The translations under genes were made by a program, and so were the position numbers. DNA of 64,000 nucleotides from a virus, in IMG/VR virus record IMGVR_UViG_3300047471_000466, positions 1-64,000 of that record. One strand, given 5' to 3'. Below, in pieces: positions 8,992 to 18,605 of the stretch (positions are counted from its first letter, which is position 1; each line of letters begins with the position of its first letter). Under the pieces are notes generated by a model. That model searched no databases. It was not told the DNA's origin and was given only the letters and a program-made list of their open reading frames with translations.

Positions 8992-9777
8992 TTAGATATT
9001 ACCCTTCCACTGAGAAAGATCAAGCTTGACGAGACTGGAATCTTTGCATCCATGTAACAACACCGCCTCGTGATTAACCGGCCTGCCACCATATTGATGT
9101 TTGTTTCCGGTCGTATTCACCAAGTCTTTACCGATTAATTCGCCTTCGACCAGATGATATTTTCCAGTGTTCCAAGCGTGAAAGATAAGATTGGTGTCGT
9201 GGCAATCTGGTACTACTTCATCTTCAATCCAAATATCCCAAGGCATCTTCTCCGGAACAAAGTGGATCCGATTGCAGCGGGTTAAAAAATCAGCAGGATA
9301 AATCCCGGCTCCAACCATGTGCCGCCCTTGTTCAAACTGGCTTCCATCCGGCTTTAGATAACGACTAGAGTTGATCACGCCCCAATACGGCTTTCCAACT
9401 TTCTCATAGTCTTGCTCTATCTGCGCAAGGAAATCTTGTTTCAATGGGAATATGTCAGCCTCAAAGAAAAAGAAAGGATCTTTGTTATCATACTCAGCTA
9501 GTCGTTCTGCCGCGGAATAGAACATATGATTTGCCGCCTCAGGCCATCTCAATCCTTCTGGAGGATCAGGTAGAATCCAACGATGCACGACACGAAAAGC
9601 TTTGGTTAACATATCGAAAGGACGCTCAGTATCCCATTGATCTCCCCAGCAATTTACCATGATTGCATCGCGGTCCTTTAGGTTCCCAAAAGACGCAAGG
9701 CGATAAGCCAGCAAAGTAAGCAGATCGGCGTCAACAAACGAAACGGGGAAGACAAGTTTAATCATGAATTTTGCCAA
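8992..9777 (-). CDS. Glycosyltransferase-like (GT-A) protein
   Basis: FFFFEADIFP acidic motif after a beta strand, WDIW and LLHGCK motifs. Confidence 0.45.
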   Translation of the reverse strand: MAKFMIKLVFPVSFVDADLLTLLAYRLASFGNLKDRDAIMVNCWGDQWDTERPFDMLTKAFRVVHRWILPDPPEGLRWPEAANHMFYSAAERLAEYDNKDPFFFFEADIFPLKQDFLAQIEQDYEKVGKPYWGVINSSRYLKPDGSQFEQGRHMVGAGIYPADFLTRCNRIHFVPEKMPWDIWIEDEVVPDCHDTNLIFHAWNTGKYHLVEGELIGKDLVNTTGNKHQYGGRPVNHEAVLLHGCKDSSLVKLDLSQWKGNI

Positions 9778-11627
9778 AGTTTTCGCAACGCTTGTGACGT
9801 TGGGTCCCGCCTAACTGAATCCGGCGGGTTTAAAAATGTTCGTGTGTTAAGATTGTTAGGTCGAGATAACTTCGCAGATCTCATAGCTCTTAGTTGTCGC
9901 CATGAAACTGTGTTAGGGATCGGTTTGTCCACGGCGACAATCATCGTTAGTCCAAAGCGTTCTCGGCACAAGGTAACAAGGATAAAGGCTGCATCTGCAA
10001 TGTCTGGACTCTTCAAGGTACGAAGCTTCATGTCCGCTTTGCTCTCGACGTAGACGCGTTTCTTTACCCCAGTTATGCCGTATTTTCTATCGGTCATCTC
10101 CGTCATAAGATCGGGCGGAATTCCTTTAAGCTGGCCTTGTCTCAGTAACTCTTTTCCTGAGTACCAAATCTCGGATACCCGATCATGGTATTTTTCTTTT
10201 GCAGGAGTGAAGTCAGTTAAACTAACCGGGCTATCGCTGGCACTGCCGCCAAAGTTAACACGAAGAATTTCAGGTGACCAAGTAACACTAACGATATCGC
10301 AGAAGGGAGTGCCCGCACCGGTAGAATCAATGGCGACATGAGAGGGCAGTATGTTTCTCGCCTCGCACTTTTCTTTTATTTGTTTAGCCAGTTGATACGA
10401 GACTGGCTCTTTGCTGGTGGCATCGATTACTAACTTTTCGAAATGATCAAACTGCAGAACAAGCTGCCCAGTCTTATCTCTGCCTATCGTCCCAAAGTAA
10501 ATTATAGGTCGGTCGCCGCCATTCGTAAAAGACGGATCAACCGCAGCCACATAAGTTAAAACTTGATCTCCCCACACTGCGGGCTCATCGCCTTTGTATT
10601 TGATGATGTCCCCGTCTGTGTAGATCAAATCCTCTTCACCAATAGGACACATGAATCCACGCCACATGCGCCAAAACCGCAGGGCATTCGCGCCGCCTTC
10701 AGCTTCCATCGCCGCGTTGATTTGTTCGGCGGTAGGAAGAAAGGCCTTTCCTTTCGGCGTCATATATTTGACAACCGGAATGTTAGGTGATTTTAAAGCA
10801 TCGAAATGTAGCCCTATGCCGTATTGTGTTTCCCAACGAGAACTGTCCACAGTAATAGAAGTCCAGCCGTCTTTCGGTTTCCAAAGTTTAGCAAAACTGT
10901 CGTGATACGAAAAAGGATTCGATAGCCCAATAAATTGATAGTTGGGATTCGAGGTAAGATTGCCGCCCGGTAAAGCATACTCAAGAATAGACTCTGGTAA
11001 TTCCGTTAACTCGTCCGCGATGACAACCACATTCGATTGGTGCATCCCGATCAGTTTGCCGATAGCTTCCTTTTCCTGTTTGCGTTCAGACGCCACCAAC
11101 GAGAGCGAGGATCGATCTCCCGCCTTAAATGTGGGGGAATTGTACCGAATGATTCCCATTGAATCGACAATCTTTAAAGGTAGGAGTCCATCCGGAACTG
11201 CTTTAATAAAGTCAGTAAGCGATCCCCAAATTCGTTTCCGCGCTTCTTTTAAAGATGTCGAGAGAATGACTCCAAGATACTCTCGGGCGTTGGCTAAATA
11301 GTTCATCAACAACCACATTGCCGCAGTTTCGGATTTGGTAGTGCCGGTTGCGCCGCCGACGGCGACATATCTTTGCGAGCAAAACTCCTCGATCATATCT
11401 TCGCCCCAAGGATTCCGGATGAAGTATTTAGAAGTGTTCTTCACGGGATTGGCGGGGCCCCAGCAAAAATCGGTAGCTCGCCAGAAATGTTCCGGTTGGC
11501 CAAGACCCCCCTGATCCACGGTTCGGGCAACCTTGAAACAGTGAAGCTCGATATCGAAGGCCGTATAATTCAAGGGGAAAAGCAGGCCGTATTTCTGTCT
11601 TTTTTTACCGTTTATTGTGCCGTACAT
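9762..11627 (-). CDS. terL: Terminase large subunit
   Basis: Walker A GATGTTKS, Walker B VVIADE, LSNP motif, nuclease VDPS..GGD and SPDIADA. Confidence 0.92.
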   Translation of the reverse strand: MYGTINGKKRQKYGLLFPLNYTAFDIELHCFKVARTVDQGGLGQPEHFWRATDFCWGPANPVKNTSKYFIRNPWGEDMIEEFCSQRYVAVGGATGTTKSETAAMWLLMNYLANAREYLGVILSTSLKEARKRIWGSLTDFIKAVPDGLLPLKIVDSMGIIRYNSPTFKAGDRSSLSLVASERKQEKEAIGKLIGMHQSNVVVIADELTELPESILEYALPGGNLTSNPNYQFIGLSNPFSYHDSFAKLWKPKDGWTSITVDSSRWETQYGIGLHFDALKSPNIPVVKYMTPKGKAFLPTAEQINAAMEAEGGANALRFWRMWRGFMCPIGEEDLIYTDGDIIKYKGDEPAVWGDQVLTYVAAVDPSFTNGGDRPIIYFGTIGRDKTGQLVLQFDHFEKLVIDATSKEPVSYQLAKQIKEKCEARNILPSHVAIDSTGAGTPFCDIVSVTWSPEILRVNFGGSASDSPVSLTDFTPAKEKYHDRVSEIWYSGKELLRQGQLKGIPPDLMTEMTDRKYGITGVKKRVYVESKADMKLRTLKSPDIADAAFILVTLCRERFGLTMIVAVDKPIPNTVSWRQLRAMRSAKLSRPNNLNTRTFLNPPDSVRRDPTSQALRKLWQNS

Positions 11628-11670
11628 GTTGACAACTCAGGTTTTCAAAGCAAGTGTACTGTAACAAGAA

Positions 11671-11991
11671 ATGACCTTTTTACAACGGCGGGATTCGTAT
11701 CTGAAACGAAAATACGGAATTTCCAACGAAGATTTTGAGAATCTCTCTAGAGCCCAAGGGGGATCGTGTTTCATATGCGGGGCTCTTCCAAAGAGTCGAA
11801 ATCTTCACGTTGATCATGTTCACGTTAAGGGTTATAAAAAACTTCCGCCAGGTGAGAAAATTCTTTATGTTCGTGGACTCTTATGTTTTCAATGCAACAA
11901 ACTATTGATGGGACGTGGAATGACTAGAGAAAAAGCGAAACGAATTGTAGAATATTTGTCTAGATTTATACAAGGACAAGTCTGGACATGA
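11671..11991 (+). CDS. Endonuclease VII-family nuclease
   Basis: KYGIS...QGGSCFICG...LHVDH...VRGLLCFQCN. Confidence 0.85.
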   Translation: MTFLQRRDSYLKRKYGISNEDFENLSRAQGGSCFICGALPKSRNLHVDHVHVKGYKKLPPGEKILYVRGLLCFQCNKLLMGRGMTREKAKRIVEYLSRFIQGQVWT

Positions 11992-12161
11992 GTGAATTAA
12001 CCGACGGTGAGTATAGAAAATACCGTAAGCAAGTAGGGCCAGGTAAAGGTGACAAGAGTAGAATCAGCGATATTCAACGCTTTCGTAAAAACTACGCAGA
12101 TATAAATTGGAAACATGATAAATTTAGAAAAAGCAAAAGTCGTAAGAGGCTGGATGAATGA
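11988..12161 (+). CDS. Small basic hypothetical protein
   Basis: ATGA overlap with the previous gene; GKGDKSR...NYADINW; overlaps the next gene by 47 nt. Confidence 0.45.
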   Translation: MSELTDGEYRKYRKQVGPGKGDKSRISDIQRFRKNYADINWKHDKFRKSKSRKRLDE

Positions 12162-12681
12162 CCACGAACTAGAGTGGTTGGCGAACGCAGTTAAGAGAGC
12201 TACAGTTATAATTGAAGTAGGCTGCGCTTATGGACGTACTACTAGAGCTATTGTGGACAACTCTTACTGCTCTACGCTTTATGCGGTGGATACTTGGCGA
12301 GGGAGTCCTGCTGAACTGAACTCTAACCACGAAGACTTCAAAAACGAAAAAGGAGATTTCGCCTACCTCGAATTCTGTAAAGAAATGTTCTACTCCATTA
12401 GATCGAGTAAAGTCGTTCCTTTGCGAATGGATAGCGCCAACGCAGCCCAACTTCTTAGTTCCCAAGGTGTGAAGGCGGATTTCATTTTCATAGACGCGGA
12501 TCATTCCTATGAATCAGTGAAGGCGGATGTCGCAAACTACGGTCCTTTGGTAGCTATGGGGGGCATCCTAGCCGGTCACGACTATAAAAGCTCAAGTTGG
12601 CCTGACGTTACAAAAGCCGTAGCAGAAATTTTTCCTGACGTAGAGAATCCAGCGGGGCATATTTGGATGAAGCGCAACTAA
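12115..12681 (+). CDS. Class I SAM methyltransferase (Methyltransf_24-like)
   Basis: IEVGCAYGRT, VDTW, DFIFIDADHSYE, GGILAGHDY. Confidence 0.88.
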   Translation: MINLEKAKVVRGWMNDHELEWLANAVKRATVIIEVGCAYGRTTRAIVDNSYCSTLYAVDTWRGSPAELNSNHEDFKNEKGDFAYLEFCKEMFYSIRSSKVVPLRMDSANAAQLLSSQGVKADFIFIDADHSYESVKADVANYGPLVAMGGILAGHDYKSSSWPDVTKAVAEIFPDVENPAGHIWMKRN

Positions 12682-13260
12682 ATGAACGAAACAAGTAAAG
12701 CTCAAAAAAGACGCGAGAAGGAAGCCGACTTTCCTTGGAGTGATATCTTTAAAGGCCGCGGCTTGGATGTGGGTAGCGGCAATGATCCTCTTCAGATTCC
12801 AGATTGCGAACACTTAGACCTGCCAGATGGAGGTGGAGACGACGTAACTCAATTTGTAAAAGGACCGTTCGATTATATCCACGGCTCTCAGGTTTTGGAA
12901 CACGCACTTCATCCATTGGTAATGATACAAACTTGGATGGAAGTTCTAAAACCCGGCGGCTATATTGTGGCCACAGTTCCAGATTGGGTATTGTACGAAG
13001 GCAGAGTTTGGCCGAGTCAATGGAATCAAGGTCACACTAACGCCTGGACTACAATAATGTACGAGCTAGGAGATGAACGTGCTGAAAAAGTCCCCCTGAT
13101 TTACGTTCCTCAATTTTTGGACAATCTCAAAGCCGAAGTAATTGTTCTCCGACGTATTGATACTAACTACGACTACACAATTGGAGCGAGCGTAGATCAA
13201 ACTCTCGATCCAAATAAAGGTGTGGAGGCCTTCATAGAGTTCGTAATCAAAAAATTGTGA
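12682..13260 (+). CDS. Class I SAM methyltransferase
   Basis: GLDVGSG, FDYIHGSQVLEH, VLKPGGYIV..VPD. Confidence 0.85.
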   Translation: MNETSKAQKRREKEADFPWSDIFKGRGLDVGSGNDPLQIPDCEHLDLPDGGGDDVTQFVKGPFDYIHGSQVLEHALHPLVMIQTWMEVLKPGGYIVATVPDWVLYEGRVWPSQWNQGHTNAWTTIMYELGDERAEKVPLIYVPQFLDNLKAEVIVLRRIDTNYDYTIGASVDQTLDPNKGVEAFIEFVIKKL

Positions 13261-14225
13261 AGGTCTGTATCCAATCGCCGGATGCCCGCGACCAAATCGA
13301 TGGGACGGTAAACAACAACCTGTTGGCGCATTTTCGAGAACGAGCCTCTCTCGATTCCGCCGACGTTGTAATCGTGCCGATCTCCATGTATCACGACTAC
13401 CAATTTAATCCTGCGCTTCGCCGGATTTCCAAACCTGTCGTCATCGTTGATTTCATGGAATACGAGTGGCAGTGGGACGAACCAGACACCCATCTATTCG
13501 GAAAGAACACAAGAGAATGTCGTTGGCTACGCGAGAACTGGTACCCGTTTGATGACTGGGTTCGGGAGCGTAATCCGATAATGTATTTCAAACGAGAGCT
13601 ACTTCGCAAGGATGTATCCGACAGAGTGAAGCCAGTAGAATGGGGTTGTTATTTAGACAGCGGGCCAATCCAATCCGAGGAAGAATTTAACAACAGACGA
13701 TTGGAAGTTTTCTTTACTTGGGGCTACTCGCATATCTCTAGGCCGGTGTTACATGGTAGAATTTTCGAAGGTATCAACTCTCATGGGTTAGGAGTTATTT
13801 CTAACTACGATCAATTTGACGCACACTTTAGCCACGAGAAGACCCGCCGAAATTGGATGACAGTCCACACTCCACACTTCGCCAGACGCTCAATAGAAGA
13901 AATAATGAGATTTCAACGTCAGGCTAAGATTACAGTCAGTCTGCCCGGCTGTGGCAGGAAATGTTTCCGTAGCACGGAAGCGCCGGTGTCTAGTATCATG
14001 GCTCTGCATGAAGACGAACTCGCATGGTCGCATGATTGGATCCACGGCGAAAACTGTATCCGCCTTCGTAAAGGACATGAGTATGAGGATCTGGAAGCCG
14101 CTACTCGTCGTGATGATCTGTATAAAATTTACCTTGGAAGCCAAGCCACTATAGATAAATATCGCGGGGGACCAATGGTTCACCAATACATGAATCCATT
14201 AATCGAATGCGCATTGAAATCGTAA
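13257..14225 (+). CDS. GT-B-like glycosyltransferase (putative)
   Basis: VFFTWG...SR and AKITVSLPGCG.KCFRSTE resemble exostosin/GT1_2-type C-terminal domains; cluster context. Confidence 0.5.
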   Translation: MKVCIQSPDARDQIDGTVNNNLLAHFRERASLDSADVVIVPISMYHDYQFNPALRRISKPVVIVDFMEYEWQWDEPDTHLFGKNTRECRWLRENWYPFDDWVRERNPIMYFKRELLRKDVSDRVKPVEWGCYLDSGPIQSEEEFNNRRLEVFFTWGYSHISRPVLHGRIFEGINSHGLGVISNYDQFDAHFSHEKTRRNWMTVHTPHFARRSIEEIMRFQRQAKITVSLPGCGRKCFRSTEAPVSSIMALHEDELAWSHDWIHGENCIRLRKGHEYEDLEAATRRDDLYKIYLGSQATIDKYRGGPMVHQYMNPLIECALKS

Positions 14226-14854
14226 GTACTTGTTCTCCTTCATGGATGAATCTGGCTGAACTTGTAGTTCCGGTCATGGCCGCTTATCGGGATAAACACA
14301 ATTATTATGCGTTGCGCGTTCAAACAATACCTTCTACTTGGGAATTTCACAAAATTAAGACCATCGTTGCGGTGCTGGAAGCGGGGGCGGACTTAGTATT
14401 CTGTCTTGATCTGGACACTCTAATCACTAACCACAACGTAAAAGTAGAAGACTTCATCGACGACAAACACGACTTCTACATTACCCAAGATATTAATGAG
14501 GTAAACGCGGGCTCAATAATCGTAAAGAATAGCGATTGGTCCCGCACATTACTAAAAGTTATTCTAGAAGAAGCAGGTCGCTTTGAGAACGAACAGAACG
14601 CAATCAAGCCTTTTGCGAATTATGACAAGGTTAAAATTCTCGATCACCCCTCGATCAACTCGTATCCGTATGATGAATATGCCCCTTCGTATGGATTGAT
14701 CCCTGGGCGAATCCCCCTACTAGGAATCAAAGGCAAGCCCACACACGAACAAGGTAACTGGGAACCAGGAGACTTCGTCGCGCACTTGCCGGGATTACCG
14801 ATGTCTCGTAGAATAGAAATCTTCAACAGAATGAAAGATCAAATAGTTTTATGA
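14207..14854 (+). CDS. GT34-like (GMA12/MNN10) glycosyltransferase
   Basis: LDLDTLITN, NAGSIIVKN..WS, EQNAI, W.PGDFVAHLPG. Confidence 0.8.
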   Translation: MRIEIVSTCSPSWMNLAELVVPVMAAYRDKHNYYALRVQTIPSTWEFHKIKTIVAVLEAGADLVFCLDLDTLITNHNVKVEDFIDDKHDFYITQDINEVNAGSIIVKNSDWSRTLLKVILEEAGRFENEQNAIKPFANYDKVKILDHPSINSYPYDEYAPSYGLIPGRIPLLGIKGKPTHEQGNWEPGDFVAHLPGLPMSRRIEIFNRMKDQIVL

Positions 14855-15375
14855 ACGTGACCGCCCACAATAACATGAATCTGCAGGACATAACTGCGAT
14901 CATGGAGTTGTTAGAACAGATACAACCTACTTCAATGTTAGAGATAGGCATCAATACTGGGAATACGGCTAAACAAATCCTAGATAACTTTTACTCTATC
15001 AGACGTTATGTAGGAATAGATTTAAGTGAGAACGGAAAACATAGCGAATACCGAAATGAAAACGCACATATAATTCCAAGCATACCGGCGGCACAGGTTC
15101 TCGGACGCCCCTGCTTCGAACTTATTCTTCGCCCCCATGGATCGTTCGATGTTACCGCGAAAGAACTAGGAGAGTTTGATGTGGTATTGGTTGATGGCGA
15201 CCATATGTTGTGGGGAATCATGCACGACACAGGATTGGCAAAACGATGCGCCAAGAAACTAATTATCTGGCACGACTATACCGACCTTGAAGCAAAGCCG
15301 TTTGTTGACTTTCTACGTGGGCACCTGTCAATTGTTCATCGAGTAGGCACCAGTGTCGCCTTTGCTAAAATATGA
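14851..15375 (+). CDS. Class I SAM methyltransferase (Methyltransf_24-like)
   Basis: LEIGINTG, FDVVLVDGDH, IIWHDY. Confidence 0.85.
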   Translation: MNVTAHNNMNLQDITAIMELLEQIQPTSMLEIGINTGNTAKQILDNFYSIRRYVGIDLSENGKHSEYRNENAHIIPSIPAAQVLGRPCFELILRPHGSFDVTAKELGEFDVVLVDGDHMLWGIMHDTGLAKRCAKKLIIWHDYTDLEAKPFVDFLRGHLSIVHRVGTSVAFAKI

Positions 15376-16082
15376 AAATCCTTACCGTCTCGAATAAAAT
15401 TCCAACCGCGCCCTATTACTGTTGGAAGGCGTTTCACGAAAGCCTGAAACGATTTGGGTTTGAAGCCATAGTCTTAGGGATGGGCGAACACTACGGCGGG
15501 CTTATGACAAGACCGCGGAAGGCCCGAGAGTGGTTACGAGCAAACCCAAGTCATGAAGTTATCATCATCTGTGATTCGTGGGATATTGTGTTCTCTCGGA
15601 GCCCAGAAGAAATTTGGGGGGCTTATCAAGATATCTGGGGGGATGGACAGCTTGTGTGGAACGCGGAAAAGACTTTCTTTCCGTATGACCCCACACTAGA
15701 TTTTCCCGATCCGGGAACTCCCTATCGTTATTTGAATTCCGGTTTCGCAGTCGGACCGGCCAGCGCCCACTTGCAACTACTGGAAGCTCTTAATCTCGAT
15801 TCGATTCCTGACGATCATAAAAACGAGAAAGGCGAACAAATCAATCCCTTCGAACAACCTCTGGTCCAGAAAGCGTATGTGGATAATGTGATCCCCATGG
15901 CTCTCGATTCACATGTTGAGATTTGCCAATGTTTACACGCGGTTACTCCGGCAGAGTTGGATTTCTCTGGTGAACAAATACGGAACACTATTACAAACAC
16001 GTACCCGATGGTATGGCATATGAACGGCCAGAAAGAACTATGGAGAGAACAAATACTAACCAAACTCAATTTACCTAAATGA
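15372..16082 (+). CDS. PLOD-type glycosyltransferase domain protein
   Basis: DSWDIVF, WNAEK..FP, YRYLNSGFAVG, LDS...ICQCL, P.VWHMNG. Confidence 0.8.
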   Translation: MKILTVSNKIPTAPYYCWKAFHESLKRFGFEAIVLGMGEHYGGLMTRPRKAREWLRANPSHEVIIICDSWDIVFSRSPEEIWGAYQDIWGDGQLVWNAEKTFFPYDPTLDFPDPGTPYRYLNSGFAVGPASAHLQLLEALNLDSIPDDHKNEKGEQINPFEQPLVQKAYVDNVIPMALDSHVEICQCLHAVTPAELDFSGEQIRNTITNTYPMVWHMNGQKELWREQILTKLNLPK

Positions 16083-16261
16083 AAAACTCACCTTTGATCA
16101 TACTCTACGTCTGGATAAGCGTATTATTTATTTGGATAGGCGCGCTATTTCTCAATCGCTGCGCTCCTGAGTGTTGCCCCGGCGCTATCGCCTCAGGAAT
16201 TTCGGCGTTCATAATGTGGATCACTGCGGGTAGTATAAAATCTATAAGACAAGGTAAGTGA
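16079..16261 (+). CDS. Small two-TM membrane protein
   Basis: 60 aa, two hydrophobic segments, coupled on both sides. Confidence 0.55.
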   Translation: MKNSPLIILYVWISVLFIWIGALFLNRCAPECCPGAIASGISAFIMWITAGSIKSIRQGK

Positions 16262-17163
16262 ACCTTTATCATCATACCGGCGATCTCGGTGACGTAATAG
16301 CCTCGTTCCCAGTTTTAAGAGAACTTGGGAAAGGAAAGTATGTTATCAGTGATGCCAAATTTCCGCTAGGACACGGACCAAGAGAGACGCTGAGAGGAGC
16401 TAGATTCGAGGCGCTGCAACCAATGTTCGAAGCTACAGATTACATAACGGATATCGAGTGGCAGAACGCTCCTGAGGGCATAACTCACGATGTTGCTTCG
16501 TTTCGAGGAAAGCCGTGGAAACTATTTGAAACACTAACACAGTGGCAGGGCAGACATTTCAAATTAGATCTACCCGCTGCTCCCGATCCTTGGTTAAAAG
16601 TTGACGCAGAGAAACATGGTAAAATCGTAGTCAGCCGAACTCAACGATACCACACTAACTTTTTTCCTTGGCGATCAATCGTCGATGCTTACGGAGACGA
16701 CATTGTATTCGTGGGAACGCATCCGGAATACATGGATTTTGCGGGTCGAGCCAAAAGAAAAATCGAATACGCGCCTACAGAAAATTTACTCCAAGCTACT
16801 AAGATCATCGCAGGTTCCCGACTATTCATCGGCAATCAATCCGTTCTATTCTGGATAGCTGCAGGACTAGGACACAAACTTATACAAGAAACTCATGCTC
16901 AACTCTACACTCGAAACTCCATTGTTCCTCGTGATAACGCTTTCTATTCTGATAACACTGACAATATGGCCAAAATTTATTCCGAACTGGAACTGGACCC
17001 CGAAGAACTCCAAGAATACCCCGTCCCACTACCAAAGGTAAATCTAAGCACTAGCGCGGGAGACTTTAGAAAAAACATGTCCACCTCGGCGGAAATATTC
17101 CAAGAGGTAGAGCAACTAGGAATTCATGGCACAGACGAAGTTCGCGCACCGAGCAGATGGTGA
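16258..17163 (+). CDS. GT9-like glycosyltransferase
   Basis: GDLGDVIASFP at the N-terminus; L.QA.KII..SRLFIGNQS...IAAGLG. Confidence 0.75.
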   Translation: MNLYHHTGDLGDVIASFPVLRELGKGKYVISDAKFPLGHGPRETLRGARFEALQPMFEATDYITDIEWQNAPEGITHDVASFRGKPWKLFETLTQWQGRHFKLDLPAAPDPWLKVDAEKHGKIVVSRTQRYHTNFFPWRSIVDAYGDDIVFVGTHPEYMDFAGRAKRKIEYAPTENLLQATKIIAGSRLFIGNQSVLFWIAAGLGHKLIQETHAQLYTRNSIVPRDNAFYSDNTDNMAKIYSELELDPEELQEYPVPLPKVNLSTSAGDFRKNMSTSAEIFQEVEQLGIHGTDEVRAPSRW

Positions 17164-17401
17164 ATGGTTCCCGATTCCGTGGGAACATTGGACATTCAAC
17201 TGTTGCACTTGTGGACTTGCGCATATCGCAAGCTTCAATGTAATCGGGGGACAATTATTCATTAGAACATGGCGAGATGAAGACACGACAAGAAAAGCGG
17301 AAAAAGCTATACAAAATTCAAGAAGGCCACGCCGAGGTTCTTGCGACTGCTCTGGAAAACTTCCGGTCAGCCCTGGACGGAAGCGCGACCGGAACAGGTA
17401 A
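17126..17401 (+). CDS. Small Cys/His-containing hypothetical protein
   Basis: DGEW...CCTCGLAH motif. Confidence 0.5.
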   Translation: MAQTKFAHRADGEWFPIPWEHWTFNCCTCGLAHIASFNVIGGQLFIRTWRDEDTTRKAEKAIQNSRRPRRGSCDCSGKLPVSPGRKRDRNR

Positions 17402-18605
17402 GACGATAGTAGCGGCGACGTTGGCGGCGGACAATAATTTACCTGTATTAGTGGTTTGTCCCAAGTCTGGGATTACCATGTGGGAAAGGGCTTTAAGGGC
17501 GCAAGGCTGTAAAAGTCCGAGCGTCGTTAACTACGAGAAACTCCGCACAGGTAAAACAATATTCGGACATTGGGCAGACGGGTTTAACAAAACATGGTTA
17601 TGGAATTTGCCTACTGAAACGCTGATCATTTGGGACGAGGTTCAGAAATGCAAAGGCATGAATACTCAAAATGCTCGCATGCTTTGGTCCGCAAAGCCTT
17701 ATTATAATCTTTGTCTAAGCGCCACAGCCGCCGAGAATCCCACGGACATGAAAGCTCTGGGCTCTATTCTTGGAATCTTCAACATGCGAAACTTTTGGTT
17801 CTGGGCGAAGCAACACGGATGTCGGAACGGGTATTTTGGTGGGCTGGAGTTCTCAGGGGAAGACACCGACCTCGATAAAATTCACAAAGCCATTTATCCG
17901 ATGCACGGTTCCCGCTTGTCTCTGGCAGACATGGCCGATCACTTTACCGAAACTCAGATCATTACCACGCCCATCGATTTTGGCGAGAAGGTGAAAGAAC
18001 TTTACGCGGAAATGGAATACGAGTTAGGAGAACTGGCAGAGAAGAAAACGTATGATTCTACCGACAATGCCCTAACAATTCGTCTTAGAGCTAGACAGAA
18101 GGTTGAGTTACTAAAGGTACCGACCATGTTAGAGATGACTTTGGATCTTTTGGCGGAAGGGAGATCAGTAGTGCTGTTTGTAAATTTTACTCAAACTCTC
18201 GAAGCACTGAAGGAACGTCTTACAGAATACCCCACAGGAATTATCGCGGGCGGCTATGTAAAGGATCGCCAGAAATACGTGGACGAATTCGCGGCAGATA
18301 AACTTCGCGTGATGATCGCCAACATAGAAGCTGGGGGTACGTTGTTGAATCTGCAAGATCAAAGAGGCGAGTTTCCCAGAACCGCGCTGATTAGTCCGTC
18401 CGACAAGGCGATGGACGTTCTACAATGCATTGGGCGCATTCATCGAGCCGAAGGAAAAACCCCAACTCAGCAACACATTCTATTCGCCGCGGATACAATT
18501 GAGGAAGAAGTGAAAGAAAACTGTGATGAGAAAATTAAGAACATCGGGATCATGAACGCAGGGTTGACAGATCCGAAAATCGAAGCAAGTGTATCTATAC
18601 AGTGA
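17277..18605 (+). CDS. SF2 (SNF2-like) DNA helicase
   Basis: TGTGKT, IWDEVQ, LSATA, QCIGRIHR. Confidence 0.9.
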   Translation: MKTRQEKRKKLYKIQEGHAEVLATALENFRSALDGSATGTGKTIVAATLAADNNLPVLVVCPKSGITMWERALRAQGCKSPSVVNYEKLRTGKTIFGHWADGFNKTWLWNLPTETLIIWDEVQKCKGMNTQNARMLWSAKPYYNLCLSATAAENPTDMKALGSILGIFNMRNFWFWAKQHGCRNGYFGGLEFSGEDTDLDKIHKAIYPMHGSRLSLADMADHFTETQIITTPIDFGEKVKELYAEMEYELGELAEKKTYDSTDNALTIRLRARQKVELLKVPTMLEMTLDLLAEGRSVVLFVNFTQTLEALKERLTEYPTGIIAGGYVKDRQKYVDEFAADKLRVMIANIEAGGTLLNLQDQRGEFPRTALISPSDKAMDVLQCIGRIHRAEGKTPTQQHILFAADTIEEEVKENCDEKIKNIGIMNAGLTDPKIEASVSIQ

